DNA of 64,000 nt from assembly GCA_025454755.1 (NCBI GenBank), contig JALONV010000002.1, positions 10,052-74,051 of the forward strand, written 5' to 3'. Both the position numbers and the translations under genes were made by a program. Positions 9,266 to 17,400 of this stretch are shown here, piece by piece. The notes beneath the pieces were generated by a model. It made no database searches and was not told the origin of the DNA. It saw only the letters and a list, made by a program, of their open reading frames with translations. The DNA is from Bacteroidales bacterium. GTDB taxonomy: Bacteria; Bacteroidota; Bacteroidia; Bacteroidales; VadinHA17. Positions within the stretch are counted from its first letter, which is position 1. Each line of letters opens with the position of its first letter.

Positions 9266-9292
9266 TAACTTTGTGTTTCAAAGTACTTTTAA
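9266..9292 (+). promoter_or_regulatory. -7 box TAACTTTG overlapping operator-like palindrome ACTTTG-N5-CAAAGT-ACTTT (site 1)
   Basis: TAACTTTG (9266-9273) matches the Bacteroidota TAnnTTTG consensus. ACTTTG is at 9268-9273 and CAAAGT at 9279-9284. A near-identical 27-nt block recurs at 10246-10272. The site ends 18 nt before ATG 9303. Confidence 0.55.
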
Positions 9293-9302
9293 CAATTGCC
9301 TT

Positions 9303-9938
9303 ATGGAGACCCAATCAGAATACATTGAAGATCTCAGGATCATCAAAAAAGTAATGGAAGAATCTTCCCGCTTCCTGTCACTAAGCGGGCTGTCGGGGTT
9401 GTTTGCCGGACTCATCGCCCTGGCCGGAGCTGCAATTGCCGTTTTTGTGTTTCCTGACGGGAAAATTCTTCTCCGCGGTGGTTTTTTTCTTGAACAGCCG
9501 GTTGATGATTTAATCCTTTTAAAGATAAGATTATCAATATTGGCATTGGTCGTTCTTATCCTTGCAATAAGTATATCACTTTGGTTTTCTTACAGGAAGG
9601 CTCGCCGGAAAGGTCTGAAGATGTGGACCCCGGTATCAAAAAAGTTACTTGCCAGTCTTCTTGTTCCGCTCGTTACCGGAGGGATTCTGATAATCATTTT
9701 TTATCTCCAGCATAACTGGCAACTGGTAATTCCGTCGATGCTTGTTTTTTATGGCCTTGCATTGGTTGGTGCCGGGAAATTCACATATAATGATGTTCAT
9801 TATCTTGGCCTGACAGAAATCATTACCGGTATTGCCGCTTTAATTTTACCAGCTTACGGAATTATTTTTTGGTGCTTTGGCTTTGGTCTGCTGCATATAA
9901 TATACGGACTATTGATGTACAGAAAATACGAAAGATGA
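9303..9938 (+). CDS. hypothetical multi-pass membrane protein
   Basis: I place the start at ATG 9303 ('METQSEYIEDL'), because the track ORF start at 9156 overlaps the divergent gene. There are about 5 hydrophobic segments. It has an ATGA overlap with the next gene. Confidence 0.65.
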   Translation: METQSEYIEDLRIIKKVMEESSRFLSLSGLSGLFAGLIALAGAAIAVFVFPDGKILLRGGFFLEQPVDDLILLKIRLSILALVVLILAISISLWFSYRKARRKGLKMWTPVSKKLLASLLVPLVTGGILIIIFYLQHNWQLVIPSMLVFYGLALVGAGKFTYNDVHYLGLTEIITGIAALILPAYGIIFWCFGFGLLHIIYGLLMYRKYER

Positions 9939-10231
9939 AAGTTGATATTTCCGGTTTAAGCAAATTCTTTGAGAATCGCATAAGACTGGGGATAATGTCA
10001 ATCCTCATCGTTAATGATTCTTACGACTTCAACAGCCTTAAAGCTGCATTGTGTGTGACCGACGGCAACCTTGCCAGCCACTTGAAGGCTCTCGAAGAAA
10101 ATGGTTTGATAATGGTCAGTAAGAAGTTCATTGGCAAAAAACCGAATACAAGTTACTCTGCAACCGAATCCGGAGAAAAGATCTTCCGTTTGCATCTTAA
10201 AGCTCTTGAAGACATCATTCGAAAGAAATAA
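9935..10231 (+). CDS. small winged-helix transcriptional regulator (ArsR/HTH_34-like)
   Basis: About 98 aa from ATG 9935. 'RIRLGIMSILIVNDSYDFNSLKAALCVTDGNLASHLKALEENGLI' is a typical wHTH recognition region. Confidence 0.75.
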   Translation: MKVDISGLSKFFENRIRLGIMSILIVNDSYDFNSLKAALCVTDGNLASHLKALEENGLIMVSKKFIGKKPNTSYSATESGEKIFRLHLKALEDIIRKK

Positions 10232-10247
10232 TTTTTTTTATTAATTC

Positions 10248-10272
10248 ACTTTGTATATCAAAGTACTTTTAA
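10248..10272 (+). promoter_or_regulatory. operator-like palindrome ACTTTG-N5-CAAAGT-ACTTT (site 2)
   Basis: ACTTTG is at 10248-10253 and CAAAGT at 10259-10264, followed by ACTTTTAA. The site lies 21 nt before the creD ATG (10286). Confidence 0.5.
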
Positions 10273-10285
10273 ACCCTTTATAATT

Positions 10286-11590
10286 ATGAAAATTGAAATC
10301 AATGACAACAAAAAATGGCAGCACTCCCTGACATTGAAGATCATTTTGCTTGCAGTAATGGGACTTTTTCTTCTTATCCCGCTTGAAATGATAAAATCGA
10401 TTATCAGTGAAAGGCAGCAGAATTCTGAAAAAGTCAGACAGGAAATAGCTCTGCAATGGGCCGGAAAGCAAAACGTGTCCGGCCCGGTCTTAAATATTCC
10501 CGTGCGAATCATTCCCGGCGATGAAAAAGCTCAGCCTTATAAAATACTGTTTCATATTATGCCCGAAGCACTTAATGTATCAGGTGCTGTTCAGACAGAA
10601 AAAAGATACAGAAGCATCTATGAGGCTGTTGTTTTCAATTCAAACCTCGGGTTGTCGGGAGAGTTTCTTATCCCCGGGATCAATATTGATCAGAAAAATG
10701 AAATACTATGGAAAGAAGCATATTTTACACTTGGCATAAGCGATAACCGTGGATTGAAAGGAGCCGTTGCTCTTAAATCAGGTGCTTCTGTCATTGATGC
10801 CGTACCGGGACTTATGGATACGGAAGTTTTCAGTTCGGGGATATCTTTCCCTTTTCCTCTGAGTGAGATGGAAAAAACATTGTCATTCAACCTGGATCTC
10901 AGTCTTTCCGGATCGGAAGATCTTGGTTTCTCTCCCGTTGGAAAAACGACCCGTGTTTCTCTCACTTCTTCATGGACATCCCCCGGATTTAACGGGAACT
11001 TTCTGCCTTCCGAAAGAACAATTGATGACTCAGGATTTAAGGCCGGATGGCTTATTACCAACCTGAACCGTAATTTTCCTCAGATCTGGTCAGGAAATGA
11101 ATTCAGACCGGCGAATGACTCTTTTGGCGTTGAGTTTGTATTGCTTGCCGATCATTATCAGAAATCGCTCCGAAGTGCCAAATACGGGATTTTATTCATT
11201 GCACTGACTTTTCTCGCTCTTCTCTTTGCAGAAATGGCAGCAGGGGAGAATCTTCACATAATCAGCTACCTGCTTGTTTCCCTGGCACTTGTTCTTTTCT
11301 TTTCACTTCTCAATGCCCTCAGCGAACATTTAGGATTTAACTATGCCTACATTGCTGCTGCATTTTCGACCATTACATTGTTATTCTTTTTCCTGCGGAA
11401 GCTGGTCAAAAACATCAAACCTGTTTTGTTGATTACAGGATTGTTGATATTTCTGTACGCATTTATATATGTTTTACTTACATTGAACGACTACGCTTAT
11501 CTTGCCGGAAACATAGGGCTCTTCGTATTGCTTGCCGTCACAATGGCATTTTCAATAAAGCTCAGGGCATTCAGAATACCTCAGGATTAA
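10286..11590 (+). CDS. creD: cell envelope integrity protein CreD
   Basis: 434 aa. It has an N-terminal TM segment, 'IPLEMIKSIISERQQ', a large extracytoplasmic domain and a C-terminal cluster of TM helices, as in the CreD family. Confidence 0.8.
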   Translation: MKIEINDNKKWQHSLTLKIILLAVMGLFLLIPLEMIKSIISERQQNSEKVRQEIALQWAGKQNVSGPVLNIPVRIIPGDEKAQPYKILFHIMPEALNVSGAVQTEKRYRSIYEAVVFNSNLGLSGEFLIPGINIDQKNEILWKEAYFTLGISDNRGLKGAVALKSGASVIDAVPGLMDTEVFSSGISFPFPLSEMEKTLSFNLDLSLSGSEDLGFSPVGKTTRVSLTSSWTSPGFNGNFLPSERTIDDSGFKAGWLITNLNRNFPQIWSGNEFRPANDSFGVEFVLLADHYQKSLRSAKYGILFIALTFLALLFAEMAAGENLHIISYLLVSLALVLFFSLLNALSEHLGFNYAYIAAAFSTITLLFFFLRKLVKNIKPVLLITGLLIFLYAFIYVLLTLNDYAYLAGNIGLFVLLAVTMAFSIKLRAFRIPQD

Positions 11591-11641
11591 GAAATAAAGA
11601 TTTTTTTGCTAATTTGCGGCCCTTATTTACTGCCAGCATAA

Positions 11642-12250
11642 ATGTCGACCGCAAAGAAGTCTGTTCTGTTTATTCTTCTGATTCTCATCATCGATCAGAT
11701 TCTTAAGATATGGGTTAAAACTCATATGCAGATCGGTGATGAGATCTATATTTTCGGGAATCGCGGGATGCTCCATTTCATTGAAAATAACGGAATGGCA
11801 TTCGGGATGGAAATGGGCGGCAGTACAGGCAAATATATTCTGAGCATCTTCAGGATAATAGCAATTATTGGAATCAGCTGGTTCCTTTCGTCAATAATTA
11901 AGAAAAATGCCAATCTTGGATTTGTGATGGCTGTAAGCGCAATACTGGCCGGAGCAACAGGAAATCTGATTGACAGTGCTTTCTACGGAATTATATTCAG
12001 CGAGAGTTACACTGCGCCTGCAATAATGTTCCCTCCCGGAGGAGGATATTCGTCATTTCTTCAGGGAAGGGTGGTTGATATGTTATATTTCCCGGTTATT
12101 CAGACACACTGGCCGGAATGGTCGCCCTTACGCCCGGGGGAATCATTTGTATTCTTCAGACCGGTATTTAATATCTCCGATTCCGCCATTACCTGCGGTG
12201 TAATTTCAATCCTTATCTGGCAGAAAAAGATGTTTAAGGATTTTAACTAA
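11642..12250 (+). CDS. lspA: lipoprotein signal peptidase (signal peptidase II)
   Basis: 202 aa with 'NNGMAFGM', 'GNLIDSAFYG', 'VVDMLYF' and 'FNISDSAI'. Confidence 0.88.
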   Translation: MSTAKKSVLFILLILIIDQILKIWVKTHMQIGDEIYIFGNRGMLHFIENNGMAFGMEMGGSTGKYILSIFRIIAIIGISWFLSSIIKKNANLGFVMAVSAILAGATGNLIDSAFYGIIFSESYTAPAIMFPPGGGYSSFLQGRVVDMLYFPVIQTHWPEWSPLRPGESFVFFRPVFNISDSAITCGVISILIWQKKMFKDFN

Positions 12251-12261
12251 AAATTGCCTCT

Positions 12262-12323
12262 AAATCCCTTAAAGGGGACTTATTGTTACTAATTTTCTTA
12301 GGCCCCCTTCAGGGGGTTGGGGG
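12262..12323. repeat. GC-rich double-hairpin intergenic element, copy 3 (short)
   Basis: TCCCTTAAAGGGGA is at about 12265-12278, followed by a spacer. Then come CCCCC TTCA GGGGG (12303-12316), TT, and GGGGG (12319-12323). The right arm lies inside the 3' end of ORF 12298..12615. Confidence 0.75.
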
Positions 12324-12615
12324 CACAACACTCCCCAACACTTATCAGAACGTTCTTCAGGTTTGAATGTTTAAGAAAATACCACGTATTCTTCCCTTCC
12401 CGCTTTGACGAAAGGACTCCTCTGTCTTTCAATATCACAAGATGATGAGATGCCGTGGCCTGTCCGATTCCCAGTTTCCTGTGGATTTCCGTTACAGTTC
12501 TCTTCTTTCCGTCCTCAAGGTACTGAACGATTGATATTCTTACCGGATGTGCTATTGCCTTAAGCAGATTTGCAGCTTTGTCAAGGACTTCAGGATTAAG
12601 TTCCTTTAATTCCAT
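12298..12615 (-). CDS. ArsR/SmtB-family transcriptional regulator
   Basis: 105 aa with 'LKAIAHPVRISIVQYL' and 'EIHRKLGIGQATASHHLVILKDRGVL'. The last 8 codons ('APNPLKGA') are encoded by repeat copy 3. Confidence 0.85.
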   Translation of the reverse strand: MELKELNPEVLDKAANLLKAIAHPVRISIVQYLEDGKKRTVTEIHRKLGIGQATASHHLVILKDRGVLSSKREGKNTWYFLKHSNLKNVLISVGECCAPNPLKGA

Positions 12616-12660
12616 CTGAAACTATTTAGTAAACAAATATATATAAATACATTGATATGT

Positions 12661-12738
12661 CGGGCGTCAGGCGTCAGGCATCAGGCATCAGGAAGAATAA
12701 ATTGACTACCTGTTGCCCGACGCCCGATGCCTGGCGCC
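12661..12738. repeat. heptad-repeat hairpin (GCRTCAG x4 facing CCYGRYG x3-4)
   Basis: The left arm is CGGGCGTCAGGCGTCAGGCATCAGGCATCAGG (12661-12692). The right arm is TGTTGCCCGACGCCCGATGCCTGGCGCC (12711-12738). The arms are imperfectly complementary, with transition mismatches. It sits in the divergent arsR/polyprenyl-synthase promoter region. Confidence 0.8.
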
Positions 12739-12755
12739 TTCATCAAGTTTTATTG

Positions 12756-12763
12756 TATATTTG
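12756..12763 (+). promoter_or_regulatory. candidate -7 promoter box TATATTTG
   Basis: It is an exact TAnnTTTG match and lies 15 nt upstream of ATG 12779. Confidence 0.45.
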
Positions 12764-12778
12764 ACCTAAAGAACCTTT

Positions 12779-13753
12779 ATGTCGATACTTGCTGAAATAA
12801 AGAAACCTGTTGAAAGGGAGATGGTTGAATTTGAAGTCTATTTCAACAGAAACATGAAAAGCAATATTCCACTGCTAAAGATTATTCTGAATTACATTTT
12901 ACGTCGCAAGGGAAAACAAATGAGACCTTTGCTTGTACTTCTTACTGCAGGTCTAAACGGTAAAATCACTGAATCTGCTTATGTTGCGGCCACCCTTATA
13001 GAGCTTCTTCACACTGCTTCGCTTGTCCATGATGACGTGGTTGATGAAGCAGAAGAGAGGCGTGGAGCATTATCCATAAATGCCCTCTGGAATTCTAAAA
13101 TTGCAGTTCTTGTAGGTGATTATATGCTTTCAAAGGGATTGCTGATAAGTGTTGAAAACTCAAGGTACGACATGCTTGAGATCGTATCTGAAGCTGTTAA
13201 ATCGATGGCTGAAGGCGAGTTGCTTCAATTGCAGAAAGCCAGGAAACTTAACATAAAGGAAGATGACTATTATAAGATCATAATAAGCAAAACCGCGGCG
13301 CTTATTGCTGCCTGTACAGCTACCGGCGCCAGGTCTGTCACTGAAGATCCGGATACAATTCAGCTCATGAAGGATTTTGGCGAAAATATTGGCATTGCCT
13401 TTCAGATCAGAGACGATATTCTCGATTATGAAGCCAACGGTCTGACCGGAAAAATAATCGGTAATGACATAAAAGAGCGTAAAATTACTCTTCCCCTGAT
13501 TCATTCCCTTGAGCTCGCATCAGCATCACGCAGGCGGGAAATAATGTCGATCGTAAAGAAAAAGAAGAAAACCAAGGATGAGATTGATGCGGCTATCCGC
13601 TTTGTCAACACTTCCGGAGGCCTGGAATATGCAGAAATCCGCATGAACGGATTCCGCGATAAAGCCCTTGCAATATTGGACACCTACCCGGATTCTGAAT
13701 ATAAAAATTCCCTTAAAAAATTTGTATCTTTTACTACTTCAAGAAATATCTGA
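12779..13753 (+). CDS. polyprenyl diphosphate synthase (trans-isoprenyl diphosphate synthase family)
   Basis: 324 aa with both aspartate-rich motifs, 'LVHDDVVDEAEERRG' and 'FQIRDDILDY'. Confidence 0.9.
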   Translation: MSILAEIKKPVEREMVEFEVYFNRNMKSNIPLLKIILNYILRRKGKQMRPLLVLLTAGLNGKITESAYVAATLIELLHTASLVHDDVVDEAEERRGALSINALWNSKIAVLVGDYMLSKGLLISVENSRYDMLEIVSEAVKSMAEGELLQLQKARKLNIKEDDYYKIIISKTAALIAACTATGARSVTEDPDTIQLMKDFGENIGIAFQIRDDILDYEANGLTGKIIGNDIKERKITLPLIHSLELASASRRREIMSIVKKKKKTKDEIDAAIRFVNTSGGLEYAEIRMNGFRDKALAILDTYPDSEYKNSLKKFVSFTTSRNI

Positions 13754-13758
13754 TTACT

Positions 13759-15048
13759 TTATCCCGCCGCTTCAAGCTTTATTTTTGCGACTTTCTCCAG
13801 GTCTTTCAGGTAATATCTTGACCCTATAAAAAAGAGAACAGATCCCGTAATCAGTATAAAAGGAAGAATTGAAAGAGCTGTTTCAATATTTGTTTTATCA
13901 TATATCAGACCTATCAACATGGGGGCCATTGCAGATCCCAGGAGGTTTTGCACAATGACGGCAATAGAATAGGATATTGCCCTCAATCCGGGATGGATTA
14001 CATCCTGTGTCACCGATGCAGCTCCTGCTATAAAACACATAATGAGTACTCCCATGCATAGCAGCAGAATATACTGAAAAGTTCCGGGCTGCATTTTCAG
14101 AGCAATAAAAAGAACAATTGCAGTACACAATGTTGAAAGTGCCGGGAACAGCAACCTTGCTTCCGGACGATGTTTTTCCCAGGCGCTAGTCAGATATCCG
14201 CCAAGCGGAGCGCCCACCAGTGCAAGGACCATTACCACGCTTGCTTTTCCCCCCGCTTTATCCATTGGCATTCCCTGAACATTCTGAAATAAAGTTGATA
14301 ACCATGTTATAAGAGCTGTTGTTACAAAAACCACACATGCCATGCCGAAATAAGTGTAAATAACTGATGGCCGGGTAATAAATTCCCTGACCATATCTTT
14401 CTTATTCATCTTGACTTTCTGCTGCTTTTTCTTATCAAGGAATGCAAGATCAACTGTTTTATAATCTTTCAGGAACAGGAACAACAATGCAATTACCAGT
14501 CCCGGGGCAGCAACAATACCAAAAGCATGTTTCCACCCTAAGTGAACTGCAATTACTCCTCCCAGTAAGTGCCCTATTGCAGTTCCCAGAGGAATGGCAG
14601 CATTCCAGAGACCCATCATCCTTGATCTTTTTTCCATCGGGAATAATGCTGATATCATGGCACTTCCCCCCGGAGCGTAACCTGCTTCTCCTATCCCAAT
14701 TAACGCCCGGGCCAGGAACAACTGGATGTAATTTCCTGTCAGTGCACATAAGGCAGTAGCAATGCTCCACATGATTGCCATTATTCCTATAGTCTTTGTC
14801 CGGCTCCAGCGGTCGACAAGCAGCGATATCGGAAATGTGAGCAGCACTATTGCCCAGTAAACTGCAGAAACAAGCATGCCTTCCTGCATGTGGGTTATTT
14901 TCAGGGCAGCTCCAATTGATGGCCACATGGATGTAATTACCATCCTGTCGATATAATCAAACATGTAGAGAAGGAACAGCAGCACAAAAACATAGTATGA
15001 ATATCTTTTGGAAAAAAGATATCCCTGCGGAGTTTCAGAATTTTTCAT
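13759..15048 (-). CDS. MFS transporter
   Basis: 429 aa with about 12 TM segments and the MFS loop motif 'LLVDRWSRTKTIG'. Confidence 0.8.
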   Translation of the reverse strand: MKNSETPQGYLFSKRYSYYVFVLLFLLYMFDYIDRMVITSMWPSIGAALKITHMQEGMLVSAVYWAIVLLTFPISLLVDRWSRTKTIGIMAIMWSIATALCALTGNYIQLFLARALIGIGEAGYAPGGSAMISALFPMEKRSRMMGLWNAAIPLGTAIGHLLGGVIAVHLGWKHAFGIVAAPGLVIALLFLFLKDYKTVDLAFLDKKKQQKVKMNKKDMVREFITRPSVIYTYFGMACVVFVTTALITWLSTLFQNVQGMPMDKAGGKASVVMVLALVGAPLGGYLTSAWEKHRPEARLLFPALSTLCTAIVLFIALKMQPGTFQYILLLCMGVLIMCFIAGAASVTQDVIHPGLRAISYSIAVIVQNLLGSAMAPMLIGLIYDKTNIETALSILPFILITGSVLFFIGSRYYLKDLEKVAKIKLEAAG

Positions 15049-15187
15049 TTTGTTTTTTTAATTACCCGGTTACCAAGTAAATAAAAAATATTTCAGTTGG
15101 TATTTTTTTGTGTAATTTTAAGTCTTTATACTTAGAGTCCTTTTTGAAAACAAATCTACTTTCATCACACAAAAACTAACTGACTTT

Positions 15188-15637
15188 ATGGTAACATTAA
15201 AACAAATTGAGGAATTTATTGCATCGGAACCAATAGCAATGGTGGGCGTATCCCGTAATCCCAAAAAATTCGGATTTACCGTTTTCCGTGAGTTAAAAGA
15301 AAAAGGGATGAATATCATCCCGGTAAACCCTCATGCCGGAGAGATACACGGTGTAAAAGTTTATCCCGATATCAAATCTCTTCCTGCTGAAGTAAAGGGC
15401 CTGCTTGTGATGACCAGGAAATCCGCCACCGCCGGAGTAATTAAAGAAGCCATGGAAAAAGGCATAAAACAGATCTGGATCCAGCAGATGTCTGAATCTC
15501 CGGAAGCACTTAAAGCGCTTGAGGGAACAGGTATAAACTATATTTCAGGTCAGTGTTTCCTTATGTACTACAAGCCTCACAGCATTCACAAATTCCATGG
15601 GAAGCTGAAGAAATTCTTCGGATGCTGGCCAAAATAA
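15188..15637 (+). CDS. CoA-binding domain protein (YccU-like)
   Basis: 149 aa. 'IAMVGVSRNPKKFGFTVFRELKEKGMNIIPVNP' is typical of the CoA_binding_2 family. Confidence 0.75.
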   Translation: MVTLKQIEEFIASEPIAMVGVSRNPKKFGFTVFRELKEKGMNIIPVNPHAGEIHGVKVYPDIKSLPAEVKGLLVMTRKSATAGVIKEAMEKGIKQIWIQQMSESPEALKALEGTGINYISGQCFLMYYKPHSIHKFHGKLKKFFGCWPK

Positions 15638-15643
15638 ATACTG

Positions 15644-17392
15644 ATGCTTGTCCGGAATATACTTCCGCTGAAAAAGGAATTTTCCGTTCCCGGTGAATAT
15701 GATATTTACCCTTCATTCAAAATCAGAGAGAACCTGATTTCCGAAGGTTATGAATCGATTGCCCGGGAAATCTGCAGGCACAGGGTAATAAAAATCGACG
15801 GATTTTCAGGTGTTTTTTTTGATGAGTTCAAAAGGGAAATAGATTTTTTCCTGAATCCTTCAGGATATAAAGCAGTCTGGCATGACACAGGAAGGTTCAT
15901 GAGTGATCCCGAAAAGATTCTGAACCTTACAACGCCTTTTTCGGGGGGCAATGATCCTCTCTTTGGCACCAGGTGTACACTCGCTCTCATAGATTTCTTC
16001 AGAGACGAATTCCCCGGGAACATGATCTGTGAAAATGATAATGAAATAATCATTTTCTACGGCCCCGGCGCTTCTCTGACAGAACTGCCGGGATTACTCT
16101 TATATATCGATATCCCAAAGAATGAGATACAATTCCGGGCCCGCGCAGGAAGCATATGCAACCTGGGATTGTCTGAACCTTCTGATCCGAAGGAAATGTA
16201 CAAGCGCTTCTATTTTATCGACTGGCCGGTATTAAACAGGCATAAACAGAACATTCTTCAATATATTGACATATTCGTAGACGGACAAAGACCCGAAAAT
16301 CCTGTCTGGATTTCAGGGAACGACCTTCGTGAATCGCTTAACACGATAAGCTGTAATCCTTTTCGTGCCAGACCCTGGTTTGAACCAGGACCATGGGGCG
16401 GGAAATGGATATTAAACAATATCGGAGGCCTCAGTAAAAATGTTGATAATTATGCATGGTCCTTCGAGCTGATTACACCTGAAAACGGAATTCTCCTTGA
16501 GAGTTCAGGGATCCTTCTCGAAGTCTCCTTTGATTGTATTATGTATCAGAATGCCGAAAGGGTCCTGGGAGATTGTTACGGCCGCTTTGGATCTGATTTT
16601 CCCATAAGATTTGATTTTCTCGACACCTTTGATGGAGGAAATCTTTCAATACAATGCCATCCCGGGCCAGAATATACTAAAACGAACTTTGGGGAGAATT
16701 TCACCCAGGAAGAGTCATATTATATTCTCGATACAAAAGATAACGCATCTGTGTTCCTGGGATTTCATGATGATATTGACCGGGAGGAATTCAAATCTGC
16801 ACTTATTGTGAGCCGCGATAGCGGGATTCCTTTCGATGCCCGAAAATTTGTTCAGTCGCTGCCTTCCAGCAAACATGATCTTTTCCTGATCCCATATGGA
16901 ACAATTCACGGATCCTGCAAAAATAATCTTGTCCTTGAGATAAGCACAACTCCGTATATCTTTACATTCAAGATGTATGACTGGCAAAGGAAAGACCTCG
17001 ACGGAAGGCCAAGAACACTCAATATTGAAAGAGCTATGGAAAATCTCATTTTCGAAAGAAAAGGGGCATATGTCAGAGAAAAACTCATTTCGCATCCGGA
17101 AGAGATCGTTTCAGGAAACGGATGGAAACTGGTTTGCCTGCCGACTCACGATACACACCTGTATGGAGTGCAGAGATATCATTTCCGGGGTGAAATAGAA
17201 ATAGAAACTAACAATAAATGCCTGGTAATGAATCTTGTGGAAGGTGTTGCTATTGAAGTTCTTTCTTTATCCGGCACAAGAAAGATATTTTCCTTTGCTG
17301 AAACATTTATTGTCCCGGCTGCAGGCAGACAAATTAAAGTAAAGAATTTATCTGAAGATGAAGCGATCCTTGTTTTTGCGTTTGTTAAATAA
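15644..17392 (+). CDS. type I phosphomannose-isomerase-like cupin protein with long N-terminal extension
   Basis: 582 aa. The putative PMI zinc ligands are present: 'LSIQCHP' (Q,H), 'QEESYYILD' (E) and 'YGTIHGS' (H). The roughly 300-aa N-terminal part is unrecognised. Confidence 0.6.
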   Translation: MLVRNILPLKKEFSVPGEYDIYPSFKIRENLISEGYESIAREICRHRVIKIDGFSGVFFDEFKREIDFFLNPSGYKAVWHDTGRFMSDPEKILNLTTPFSGGNDPLFGTRCTLALIDFFRDEFPGNMICENDNEIIIFYGPGASLTELPGLLLYIDIPKNEIQFRARAGSICNLGLSEPSDPKEMYKRFYFIDWPVLNRHKQNILQYIDIFVDGQRPENPVWISGNDLRESLNTISCNPFRARPWFEPGPWGGKWILNNIGGLSKNVDNYAWSFELITPENGILLESSGILLEVSFDCIMYQNAERVLGDCYGRFGSDFPIRFDFLDTFDGGNLSIQCHPGPEYTKTNFGENFTQEESYYILDTKDNASVFLGFHDDIDREEFKSALIVSRDSGIPFDARKFVQSLPSSKHDLFLIPYGTIHGSCKNNLVLEISTTPYIFTFKMYDWQRKDLDGRPRTLNIERAMENLIFERKGAYVREKLISHPEEIVSGNGWKLVCLPTHDTHLYGVQRYHFRGEIEIETNNKCLVMNLVEGVAIEVLSLSGTRKIFSFAETFIVPAAGRQIKVKNLSEDEAILVFAFVK

Positions 17393-17400
17393 TTAACAAT

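Noticed and set aside
9156-9302. N-terminal extensions of track ORFs (9156, 9869, 37135, 39066, 56265, 62050, and 56081 on the minus strand).
   Set aside because: The extensions start at non-ATG codons or overlap the neighbouring gene or promoter boxes. In-frame ATGs directly preceding signal peptides or conserved N-termini give more plausible starts.
12661-12692. The tandem GCRTCAG heptads, considered as a CRISPR-like or microsatellite array.
   Set aside because: The 7-nt units have no spacers, and a complementary arm 18 nt downstream makes this a hairpin. No cas genes are present.
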